The translations under genes were made by a program, and so were the position numbers. From Ostrea edulis (Eukaryota): 64,000 bases of DNA. Under the pieces are notes generated by a model. The model made no database searches. It was not told the DNA's origin and saw only the letters and a program-made list of their open reading frames with translations. Location of the stretch: positions 5,518,001 to 5,582,000 of the forward strand of contig NC_079165.1 of the NCBI RefSeq assembly GCF_947568905.1. The letters are read 5' to 3'. How positions within the stretch are numbered: position 1 is the stretch's first letter; the number at the start of each line of letters is the position of its first letter. This document shows positions 36,801-49,267 of the stretch, piece by piece.

Positions 36801-38765
36801 TCTTTTTATATTAGAATATCACTTGCATATTTTCCATTGAACCCCGTATTTTTGTCGTGTGCCATACGACTATACTTTGGACACATTCATTGATAACGAA
36901 ATTGTGCTTTTTGTGTATTTTTTTTTTTTTTGAGAAACAAAATTAAACTGTACTTAAATATGATAAATAAACGCTTACTGAAAAATTTCAGATTAATGCG
37001 TGTTTTAAAAATTCTATCAATTTACAATGGAAACCAAACAAGATTGTTTCTTAATCACATTATAATTATACATGTTTAAAAATAAGATATTGAATTAAGA
37101 AGGTAGCTAAATTAGTAATACCAGTGTTTCAATTGATATTTTGTACAGACAAAAAGTTAGATTGGTTGATATCGACATTTAATTTCGTGTTTTGTCAAAT
37201 GCTGTCTGACGTGTTTCATAACAATATTTAGGTCGTTCTTTACACCTATTTTGATGAGGATTACCTTGGTTTGCCTATAGGGATCACGATCGACGTGATT
37301 GGTCGACAAGGAGATGCTTGCTCCTGAGGCACCTGCTCTCACCTCTGGTGTGTCCAGGGGTCAATGTGTGCCGAACTCTCTATTTTGTATTGTTCATAGG
37401 AGTTATGAGATTAATCATTGTTCGTTATCTTCGCCTTTCAGAAGCTGAAACTATGGCGAAAATTTGAACTTTGTTTTCTTTTGACAAATCTAAATCAAGA
37501 CCAAACTCTTATGTCTACATTTAGGAAGAGTACAATCCTTCCTGTTACATGAAATTGTGACGATGACGAACCGTGATCAATCTAACAATTAATATAAGGA
37601 ATACAAAATTAAGAGAATTGTAATTTGATTCTATTCAAAACTTGTTGAAGTAAAGAGTGTCTAAGATTTCCAGGAACTAAATCGTTATGAATTTTAAGCA
37701 TGGTATTTAATTTGTCAGCTATACCTCTCTCACCTGTTTCTAAATACATGTACATTGAATCTCAGGATGATAATCTTATCAGAGACCATCCCTTACTGCA
37801 TAAAAATAGAACGGTGTCTTTTTTACGACAGATTACTAGCATAATGGACACACACTATAAACTTTAGAATATATTTAGGTAGTAGTCTAATAAAGTTGAT
37901 ATACATTATTAGATAGTGCATTTCTATAACTCCTGAATTTTAACTTCTTTTTTTAGAAGACCCAATGTTTGCTAAGACTTTTAACTATGACATTAATGTA
38001 ATCAGATCAGCGGACAAAAATATCTTAAGTAAACCTAACATAGAATGATCACGGAAAAAGCCCAAACAATAGCATTATCAACATGACATGTATATGACAA
38101 TTGTTACAAAGGAGGCACAAATGCAACCGTGAATATAAAAAAGAATGGACTAAAATATTTTGATGTGTGAATCTGGATTTCAATTACATGCCACAGAAAA
38201 ATTTTGCAACGTATTACCATTATAAATGTTAGGAGAGAGAGTTGTAAGTCGTTAGAATTTGTTCCAAATCCTTTTGATTTGATCAAAAGAATATGTTAAA
38301 GAAACAATCTTTAAAGCCATAACAGTTTGCAAATGCATTATAAGACATACTTTTTTTGACATACCATTTGTTAGGTTCTTCTTGGCAACATGATTTTGAC
38401 TACGGGTTACTCGGTTTACTTTGCTCATGACAGGTGTGAAAGGTCGACAGGGGATGCTTACTTCTCCTAGGATACTGATCCCACCTCTGGTATATCCAGG
38501 GGTCCATGTTTGTCCAACTTTGTATTTTGTATTGCTTATTGATCTCTGTTCGTCATCTTCAACTTTCATGTAAGTGCGCGCGTCAATTTTCAATCGTTTT
38601 GGGGATCCTGTTGCTAATGTGCGCTATATCGTATCATAGCTTCTGATGATGAAAATATGGTAAAATGACTCGATGACGATGGTACAATGGCGATACTAAA
38701 ACATCCAGGTTGCCCACAATTTACAACAAATATTCTTCTCAAACTTTTCTACATCATGTACTTTT

Positions 38766-39284
38766 AATACGCAACTTCCGAGATATCAGCTGTTCTGTGA
38801 TGGAGGTACGTTCAGTGTTCTGTTGAATGCCTGGGTGGGTACAAGATGTATACATATACTATATACTAGCTATATAAATACGGATAAAAGTAATTAAGGT
38901 TTAAATTTTGTTGATATCAACTGTTGATATACATTAAACTGACCATATCAAGAATATTTGTTTGAATTAGGCCATTAAATTAAATATGAAATTATTTTTT
39001 ATTTCCTCCTTTGCACGACTGATATTCTAAGTTTTAAAAATGGTGATTATCGATTTTTGTTTGAGCTAATTTATTATCAAATAACTAATAAACTTACAAA
39101 TATTGTGTGTCCCTGCAGTTTTGGTGGTTGCATGATGTCTGATAATCGGCCCTAAGGCAATATATGAAGGCAGCGATAAGCATTTGTACCCACCGCGTGT
39201 GGACGATATTATGTTTTGCGTCTCACTGTGCATAAGCGTTTCACAAAGGGAAAGAACTATTGGGCAACTCGGAAATTGCGTATT
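38766..39284. mobile_element. MITE with 17-bp TIR; absent from copy A
   Basis: aatacgcaacttccgag ... ctcggaaattgcgtatt (1 mismatch). Copy A reads cttttaagcgtatgac at about 30793. Confidence 0.8.
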
Positions 39285-39446
39285 GTATGACAAAATCACG
39301 ATTCTATAATTCCTTTATGTTTAAATTTTTCTATCTTAAAATACGTGTACATGTATATTCCTTTTCAAAATATATTTTGAATTTAAAGGCCATAAAAAAA
39401 TTACGTTTGTTGCAGTCAAATGCTTGGATTTATCATACATCATTTC

Positions 39447-39607
39447 AAGTGTTAAAGGTATTTATAAAATGAATTAAGTGTTGAAGGTAGTTATAAAATT
39501 AATAAATTGTTCAAGGTAGTCATAAAATGAAGAAGAAAAAAGTGTTAAAGGTAGTTATAAAATAAATAATGTGTTAAAGGTAGTTATAAAATGAATAAAG
39601 TGTTTGA
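39447..39607. repeat. ~30-bp minisatellite (aagtgttaaaggtagttataaaatgaat), ~5 units; a single unit in copy A
   Basis: Direct inspection and comparison with about 30950. Confidence 0.8.
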
Positions 39608-39672
39608 AGTTGTTTGATTTTCAGCACGTTGTCTATACATTCAGTTCTATTCATACAATTGTAGAGCCGAGA

Positions 39673-41286
39673 ATGAACATCACGATGTACATCCTGCTCA
39701 TGGCAGTTGCTGCTGTATTATCTGTTTTTGGACAAAGTCCTGGAGGGGTACGAGTCTTTATTAATGTTATCAGCTGAGATTTAAAGTAGAGTTTGCAGTC
39801 AGTGAGGTAGAATATCGGTAACTTTTAAATTGTCTCTGTAACTCGGATGACCACTTGTGATATGTTTTTGGTCGCCACATGTGTCCATTGACTATTGACA
39901 ACACGTTGATGGTGATGGGATTTCAACAATCTCGGTTAAAGTAAGTATTTTGTGAATTTTATGGTCTTTATAATGATCTACTTTGCCAAAACAACTTATC
40001 GTTGGTTCAAATGCTGTCTGACGTGTTTGATACCGATTTTTACGCCGTTTTTAGAACACTGATTTTGACTAACGGATAACTCCATTTACCTGATCAAGAT
40101 ATAGGGCTCAAGGCAGGTGGCACCTGTCGATAAGGGATTCTTATTTCTCCTAGGCACCTAATCCCACCTCTGGTATATTCAGGAGTCCTTGTATGCCTTA
40201 CTCTATATTCTGAATTCCTTATATGAGTTATGATCACTGTATATTATCTTCGTCTTTGTTTTAATTAGTTCTTTACCCTTCTTTTTCGGATTAATTATAG
40301 ACCCCAAAAACTGAAGGACAAAATGACGCGTCTTGCGTTCGAGGCACGTGTAGCTGCAGCGAAAGCTGTTTAACATGGAACGTTGTGGAGCAATTGTTCA
40401 CAGAAAAATCGAAACGAGTAGAAATGGAGAACACTATTAAAGAGATGAAATCAGCTATTTCGGCGCTAGAAACCCAGTTGTCAACAGGTATGTGCATATT
40501 TTTCATAGAAATATCCTGTATAATGATATATATTAATGTAATCACTTTCTGTCTTTTACGAAGGTGTATACATAATATTCATTCACGTACATATTTTAAT
40601 GACATGTATTTAATCCCTGCATTTCTCAATCATTAGTCATATTTATTGCTTTTATATTTTGTTTTAGACAAAAAGTTCAGATGTAAGTATTTTGGTATTT
40701 CATTTCATGTCTTCGTGTAAGTGTTGATTGCAATCAACTTCAGAAATTATTTTCTTAGTTGAAGAAAATGGTGAAATGATGTTCGATTGAAATAATGTTT
40801 TTCTTTCATCGTATTTTATCATAATAAGATTTTCTCAAGGAATGCATAATCGAGATTAATCATACACAAATTCTAGGAGACAAAATTAAAGAAAAAGGAA
40901 GACTGGGATTTTATGATATCTGTATCTCAACTCTAAAACATCGTATGATTTCTACTAAAAGAATTCCCAATTTAATCTAACTTAATGTTAGTATCAATGA
41001 TTATTCTTCAAATAACCTAATAGGTGAAACAGGACAACTGGGAAAACACGCAAACCCTGCTCCAAGTTGGCCATTAATTCAGACGGTTACCTTTAAAACA
41101 GCATTCCAAGAAAAGCCTACTGTAACCTATGGTCTGTATTTACTCGATGCCGCCTACACAGCAAATCTCCGTGTTGTCACAGAGGCAAAAAACGTCACCA
41201 ATACTGGATTTCAGGTCAAACTGAACACCTGGGCGGACACAACGATGTTCGGTGCCAGAGTCAGCTGGATGGCGTGTGGGAGATAG
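39673..41286 (+). CDS. Secreted H-type lectin paralog 3 (copy B), intact. Exons 39673-39747, 40301-40487, 40668-40682, 41024-41286
   Basis: All junctions are GT-AG and in frame: MNITMYILLMAVAAVLSVFGQSPGG TPKTEGQNDASCVRGTCSCSESCLTWNVVEQLFTEKSKRVEMENTIKEMKSAISALETQLST DKKFR CETGQLGKHANPAPSWPLIQTVTFKTAFQEKPTVTYGLYLLDAAYTANLRVVTEAKNVTNTGFQVKLNTWADTTMFGARVSWMACGR*. AATAAA at 41370. Confidence 0.9.
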
Positions 41287-41454
41287 ACAGAGTCAGCTGT
41301 ATGACGTGTGGAAGATTGATAAACATATCAGAAAAAAGCATTGTAACTCGTCATGTACACATGTAGTAAAATAAAAGTGCATTAAATTCTTTTCATATGT
41401 ATACTTTGAATTCAATTAAAACACGTCTAGGTTATTATTTTCAGGATTATAAAC

Positions 41455-42030
41455 AATGAAGGCAAAATGTCAAATGTGAAGATAATAAAGTGATCAGTCT
41501 CACAAATCTCATAAGAAAACAAAATCGAGAGCAAGGCAAGCACGATGTTTTGGTACGCCAGATGAGGGACCAGCTGCTTAGGCGGAGTATCCCTTGTTGA
41601 CCGGTCACAACCGCCACGAGCCCTATACCTTGATCAGATATACGGTGCAATTTTAAGTAAAATCAGTCTGTAAAGAACGGCTTAACAATCGGTACAAAAC
41701 ACGTCAGACAGTATTTGACCCAATGATAGGTTTTATTGGCAAACTAGAGCATTATAACGGCCATATAATTTCGAAATCCTGACTTTAAACGACTGTTGGA
41801 ACACCTTTAACATTGAATTGTTTTTCAGTAGCCTGTCTCTATTTGAAAACTGATCATATGCAGAATATCCATTTCCTTGTCAAATCATTTTAGAGCCAAA
41901 ATACCAAAGGCGAGTAATAATGGAATATTTTATAATTATGAATATGGGAAGTTGATCCGGAGATGCTGAAATCATCCCGTTTGTCATAAATTTGAGTCGT
42001 TAGTTTGCCGTTAACATCAAACATCTATGT
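41455..42030 (-). mobile_element. Degenerate Penelope-like fragment spanning the end of copy B
   Basis: Homologous to the 3' UTR and RT C-terminus. Copy A retains only its first part (34060-34266). Confidence 0.75.
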
Positions 42031-43189
42031 TTTCTGTTCTATCACATTATTATGCTGATTTTATTTCTTCAAAAGATTGTAAGGCTGTTCTTCACACATT
42101 AATTTTGACTACTGATTTTGATTTATAGACTTGATCTTGATAATTTGTTTGGGTTTGTAATTACTACTTGCACTAGATACTCGCATGTCATTGTTGTTGT
42201 AAGTAAATACGTGCACTAAACACCATTTGATGCGAATATGAACTATTACATGTACTATATACTAGTCATTCGGTGTTGTCGTGCAATATTATTGTATGGT
42301 ATATACTAGTAAGTTATTACATCTACCCAGTGTTAGAAATGATATTGGAACGTATGTTATAACACGTACTACACACTAGTACTTTGATTGTGTTGTAATG
42401 ATTGATCACTGTTCGTTATCTTCACCTTGCATTGTGTTGTAATGAAATACAAAATAATCAAAGTTGTAAATTCCTGGGCGTACAGAAACCATGAAAACAT
42501 ACAACACGAAAAACTAATAATGATTCACTTGTTATAAAGTCGAAAGACAAAAGAAAACTCTGCTAAAATCCCGGTTTACTATTCTTTGAAAGATGAAAAC
42601 GTATTATGAATTTGCCCTCAATGATTTATACAAACTTATCTATCTATATGATTGCGTTATGGCATACCACTAGGAAAACTAACGTATATATTCCGTTCCA
42701 TTTTGAAAAAGAAAAAATGTGTATGGACTTGAAGTGGTATTAATTAAGCATTCCTAGGTATTCTTCAGGGATATGGCGGTTTCTCCATAGGTTCTTTACA
42801 ATTTGAAACATTCTACCCTTTGTATTGTCCACTTTTTGGCACGCTGTTTTTGGCTATATTTAGCTTTAAAACTTCATAGTTATTTCGGATTTCAAACATT
42901 TTGGTTGAGCATCACTGAAGAGACATTATTTCTCGAAATGCGCATCTGGTGCATCAAAATTGGTACCGTATAAGATTTACATTGTTACACAGAAATAATA
43001 TTATACAATCCATCATAAGAAAATTACATTGCCTACAAATCAATCTACTGAATATAAAAAGGACATACAGATAATGAAAATATTGAATTCACAACTAGAC
43101 CATCCATGAATAAAATCAAAACGACAGTAAACTAGAAAAGTATCAACAATTCTCCAAAGAAATATCAGAGTAATTAGAAGCTGTATGGG

Positions 43190-46100
43190 TTAGGATGCAC
43201 TGGAACACAATTTCTGTTGACAAAAGTCGGTTTGTTGATACACTGGGTAAAGTCGGCAAAATGCACATAAAGCGTCCGTAATCACCACTATGCCTTTATT
43301 CCCTGTACCTGGTTAAAAAAAAGTAAGAAAGGTATACGTGTATGTAGATACTGAACGTCTCTCAAGGGTATATCTAAACAATCATAATCAATAAATACCT
43401 TCAAATATGTCGTCCTTGACCTTGAGGTCCTTTGTACGGATTAGTTTCCTCTGAGGACTGATTATTTCTCTCAGAGGGCCGATTATTTTTTTCTCTCTTG
43501 TACTGATTTTCCCCTGTTTAACATCGAGATTTGTGCAATGTTTTTTGCAATCAGTTGAATCTTTATATGAAGGTTGAAGACAAAAAATGCAAAATGGTAT
43601 AAGTTCCTCATTAGTCTCCTTCGTATTGTCCATTTTATCGTTTGTATTTTTTATGTATCCCTTTAATACATTTATTCCTTCGGTCCTCAGAATGTTTGGG
43701 CCTGGTTCTGCATCTATGGACTTCGCTGAAAAACAGCACCAGTTTGAATATGTCTTTTCACTATGAACAGGTGTACATTGTTCATGTATATTTAAACATG
43801 ACACAGGAGCGACATCATATAAAAGATTAATAATAACTTTCCTTAACTGTAGACCGGATCTAATTTAAACACGTGTCCATATTGTGAAAGTAAATGGGAA
43901 ATCGGATTTAACAAGAATGACGAATTAAATGGATAAGATGATTTTCCCCAAAATATCTCTTTAAACGTCATTAGTGTATTGTTCTAGAAAACTTTCTCGG
44001 ATATGCTGTAAATGTGTACAAGGTATCACTTGATTACTGACTTTAATAATTTGTTATTATAGAATTTTAGGTGAATCATACGGTTGTACATAGTCTACTT
44101 TCATGCTTGTGCATACTTGAAATTTTTGTTTGTGTATGAAAACGTGAAGATAACGAATAGCAATCAATATCTATGAAAATATTTATTTTCTTATTTTCTA
44201 TTAGTTCGTATACTCTCATCCTATGATACCGCGGGTCCTACGGTACTGACGTATTTCGGTTTTAAATACGTTAAGCATGAACCTTGACATCTGTCAGCGA
44301 GTTATTTTTAGATATTAAATAACTATTGCACACACATTTTGTCTCGACTGAAAAAAAAAATGTCCAGAATTTTGGCAAGTACGGTCTTTGAACTTATAAC
44401 GAATGAAAATTTAATATCTTTTCTTGGTTTTATAATTGTTGAAATTTTCCCATTAGTGATACCCCAGTTTACATGTCACGAGAAAACAACCTTTTTTCAC
44501 AATTTTAGCACCATTAGGCCGGCATACGCTGTATTTTTATAAATACCACGGTATCGTAGTACCCGCGTTTACTATTGTATACTTTATGGCCTCACCATCG
44601 ATCACTTGAAAGCAAGTAGTTACATTGATATTTGTTTGCTTATTTATATGAATGAAAACAACAATATATGAGGTATTTACAAAACATTAACGATTGACTG
44701 AATTAAGGCTGACAGCTCTTAAAACAAATTGAAACTGTTAAGTACAGCGGTATCATAGGACCACGGCATACTTGCAATTTTTGCGTTTTAAAATCAATTT
44801 GTTGAGCAGAAGATATCAGTTCTTGTGAAGATATCAATTCTTGTGGATAAACAGATGTCACACTAGTATGTCAGCTTTAACTTCCACACGGATATGTACA
44901 TGTTGGTAACCGTCTTAAAAGTAGAAAACCATAATCTAAATATGTCGATTGTTGAATACCGTGATGTTGTCAATATTGATGGCTAAGTATGTCAATATGA
45001 TTGTTCCTCATGATTTCGCAACATACTTTTACTGGGCCCCATTATATCTAATCAAAGGTTTTACCTATTCAACGAGAGGATGTCGCTTGTAAAATGCAAT
45101 TATTCATGACCAAAAACAATTAAACCGTTACACTTAACCAACACTACGTGATAGGCTAGAAATCAAAAGATAAGTTAAACTTAATTTAAGAAGGCGTATT
45201 CCGGAATGGCTAACTACTAATATTAAAAGAATCCACATATACATAACACAAGTTTTGGGTCAGTGACCTCCTGTCTGGAAGATTTCGGTGATTTTACTAC
45301 GATGAAATATATTTTTGATAATAACGACATTTGTTTCAAGTTTAGTTAGTTTACAGTACGTCATATTTGACTGTGAGGATCAACAGTATTATATGAATGA
45401 GAGGATGTTGTTTTAATCTACTAACAATCTGTCTATAAAACAACAGTACTATGTGAATATGAGGATGTTGTTTTAATCTACTAACATTCTGTCTATAAAT
45501 CAACAGTACTATGTGAATGTGACGATGGTGTGTGTTTTATTTAATAACAATATTTCTATAAATGAACTATGTCGTGGGGCATTGCCCTCCTGGATTAATG
45601 CTCGTTTCCGACGAATTCTTTTCATGCCCTGTTTTGAAGTGGTGAAAGAAGTAATGTTCTTCCTTTCATTTCCTACTGGCTGACTTTTATGGAAAGTCCT
45701 GGACTTCTAACCTATCAGATATTTTACTTAGTGTAGAAGGTTGTTTTTCATTTCAAATGGTCATTTACAAGTGTTTCTTCCATTTGTGTCGTTTCAACAC
45801 AATCGTGTATAGTTTGTGTATTCCTATGTTTACAACCACATTTAGTCCTTTACATTTGTCAACGAGATCTGTATTGTAATGATTCTTTCAAATCGTCAAA
45901 TCGACAAGTATATATTATGCAATTTTGTCTGATTTTCATAGTCCCTTCAAGTTATAGATTTCCCAAAACAGAAGCACCCAGATTAAGACAGTAACATATC
46001 GTACAAACTCTCCCTCTATCAAGTTATTAATCACAGAATATTTTTGGTGTAACATATACGTAGTATCTACAATGGAGTTATTTATAGCTAAAATAACAAG

Positions 46101-46456
46101 GTAAGGGAGCGTGAATTGTTTACGTCGTGCACAATCATAAACCACACCCAAAGATGAGTGACAATTAAGTATGAAAATGAAACAAGTTTAACAGCAAAAA
46201 ATAAAAGAGCAATAAATTAATTCTAAAAATATGAAACGTTGATAGTTGGTCGTAAAAGAGGGTCTTAAAACTAAAGATGAAGACACGCTCTAAAGTATGA
46301 TAGTCATGTTCTGATTTAGTATATATTGTAAAATATGATAAGAATCATACCTGGTTGCAGATGTAATGAAAATCTAGGAGCACTAGAAGCAGTATATACT
46401 TCAATCACCTGACACACAGCCAAAATTAAACCCAGACGATGGAGAATCACACACAT
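43190..46456 (-). CDS. Unknown secreted precursor with two 4-Cys modules, paralog 1 (183 aa). Exons 46456-46351, 43725-43399, 43308-43190
   Basis: All junctions are GT-AG, phase 1, and the frame is open: MCVILHRLGLILAVCQVIEVYTASSAPRFSLHLQP A KSIDAEP...LIPFCIFCLQPSYKDSTDCKKHCTN...DDIFE G TGNKGIVVITDALCAFCRLYPVYQQTDFCQQKLCSSAS*. TATAAA lies about 50 nt upstream of the ATG. Confidence 0.85.
44220..44759. mobile_element. Possible MITE-like element
   Basis: cctatgataccgc ... gcggtatcatagg exact 13-bp inverted repeat; no TSD seen. Confidence 0.35.
45379..45560. repeat. ~60-bp tandem repeat, ~3 units
   Basis: atcaacagtactatgtgaatatgaggatgttgttttaatctactaacaatctgtctataa is repeated. Confidence 0.8.
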
Positions 46457-49267
46457 TTCCGTTTTCTCTTGATAATGACGATATTGTTTCTTCACCTGGC
46501 GCTTTATATGTTCAGAGGACAACAACACGATTCGTAGAAAACGTCATGACATTTTGACCAGGTAATTATTTAAGCGACATTGTCTAAAATGTTTACAGTT
46601 CGACAAATTGCTTTCTGTCGTGTTTCATATCAATTGCAAGACCGTTTTTACATACCGATTTCGACTACGGATGAATTTTTCTTGATTAGGACAGAGGGCG
46701 CACGGTGGGTGTGACTGCCAACAGGGGCTGTTTACCCTTCCAACACCCCTGATTCTATTTTAGTACGTCAAGGGGTCGGTGTTTCCCTTCAATTGGTATT
46801 CTTGGTGGAATCATTAAAATGATTTTGACAATCATTCATTTTATAGAGTGACAAATAAATTCAAAATTTCATAAAATCAGCTATACTATTTGACAATCGT
46901 GAACCCATGATAGGAATACTATTGGATATTTTTTTAGGTCATGTTCTGAGATCGCAATTAACGCAGACAAGAGTTGACTTTAACCTGTCAATTGGGACAT
47001 TCCAGATTCCAAATTTGACGATATATGCAATCACACCATCTACTTTATACTCTCTATACAAGTACGATACATCGCCATGGGACGAATGAAACGTGTGAAG
47101 GAGAAACGACAGACGCTTTGTGAAAACATATATGAGAAGTATCAAATGGGAATTTTAGAAAAATTATTCTAAAAAAATGTTCATAGATTTTAAATTACTA
47201 AACGTTTCCAAAATCACCAGAGTCGAAACAATAAGAATTTTAAATAAATTAGAATCAATTGAAAACTAGCTTCTTCACTGAGTCGGAATATAATGCTGTT
47301 TGAGTACATACGTATGCATGTAGAAACTAGTTTGGCGTTATCGGGGCAAGGACGGGCTTAAATAGTCTAAGGGCATTGACCGAATACATGTATCATTTTG
47401 ATTTACATGGCTTCCTTAAATTAATTAAAGCCTCCCATACAAAAATAAAGTGATTAATATATACTTAAAGCAGCCTTAAATGTTTCATATGAATAATATT
47501 TAATGAAAGATATCCGAGAACGAATCGAAGTTTAAACCGATACCTAGTAGGCTTCCTTATATTTTTATCGAGGCATGTATTTATTATCACGAGGCTATCA
47601 CGTGCATTTTATATTTAGAACCAACAAAAATGATTGTAATAATCGCAAAAGTACAACGATATCAGTTAAATGCAGGCCGACCCTTTTTATATTGAAAAAC
47701 AAAGCCTACTTTACATAAAATGAACAGTCTTAAGTGCTAGTTCTCCGATAAAAGGAAGTTTAAAATGCATTTAATGCAGCATACTTCTTAATTTTCGAGA
47801 GTAGGCAAGAGAATATCAGATGCAGAAAGGGGTTTCTTTTTGTGTCATCTGATCTATCAATGTAATAAAAATATAAATATATAAACACCACCATACACTG
47901 TACATCGTTGCATTTTTGCATTTACTGCAGCTGGTCGCAATAATTATATAAATTAAACGCAGTGATAATCGAAATCAGATGAAGATATCGGGGCGATTTC
48001 AAGATAACAATATAAAATGAATATCACTTTCGCGCAAACTATATCTGATAAATGCAGAATGATTTGATATGTAAAAGAACTAATATATGATTACATGTAT
48101 ATGATAAGCATTTGACAATCGGAAATCTTCACGTACACTGCTTATTACTTGATAATGATAGTGAAAAAACGACATACTATTATAACAATCTAATTAAAAT
48201 TATATCCTAAGATACGCTCATAATCGCAGAGTATACGGCGCGGATCTAAGAAGTCTGATTCTAATACGGGACTTTCGAGATACGGATCCACTCTGACTTT
48301 TATCGCGAGTTGAACGTCATTGTAGGGCGTCCCTTCTGTATTACAATAGAAACTAGGTAAACAAACATGGAATTCCCTGCATTTAAATGCTATCTTTGAA
48401 AGAAAGGAATCACTACAACCATTTTATAGGAAAATACAATTGATTAAATTATGTGAGTCGGCACGGGAAATAAATCTAGGGAATATCTTGAGGATATCGG
48501 TGAAACTTCACGCCTTGCATCCAATGGTACGCGTCTAAATGCGCCTTTTCCCTTTCATCTAATTTACACCCAGGTACTAAGTACCAATAATGGCTTGGAT
48601 TGTCATCGTGGAACTGCGCATAGCTCTTTACGGACCGTCTGTTAGCGAAACACCATATGTATCGATGTCAACTTTGCCCTACAATTGGTTATTATCACGT
48701 GACCGTGGTGTATAAACGTCAAATATAATCGGTCGTTCCGGCATATCCCGAAAGTTCCGTATTAGATTGACTATTATGACTTTTTCCGGCGATACAACTA
48801 TAAGAACTTGTACGTTGTGACGTACTTCTTTATTGTGACGTCATACGGTGCGTAGTGCACTGAGGTACATTTATATACAGCCATGTAATTGTTCTCGGGA
48901 AGCCTTAACTGAACTGCGTCATTCATGATGATTAACGGCATGTTTTACCGAAACCTAAACTATATGGTCCACAGAAATGTTACTTAGTCACAGTATATAG
49001 TGACAGTAAGATGTCATCAACATAGTATTAAAGAAATCAATGTGGTCGGTGAAGAAACTGAAAATACATCACAAGAATCGAACCAATGGAATTAGAAGCA
49101 TTGAATATACTAAGACAGCGGCCACGAGTACTAATGAGACGGAGTGCCAATACATACAAGTAAGTTAAAACAGGGGAATATAGCAATTATCAATCTCATA
49201 AACCCAATAAAGAATACAAAGTTAAGAGTAGTACAAACAAAGGTGAAGATAACAAAATAGTTAATGT

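Larger units (their letters stand above)
34460..41667 (+). repeat. Tandem segmental duplication, copy B
   Basis: See copy A. Confidence 0.95.
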
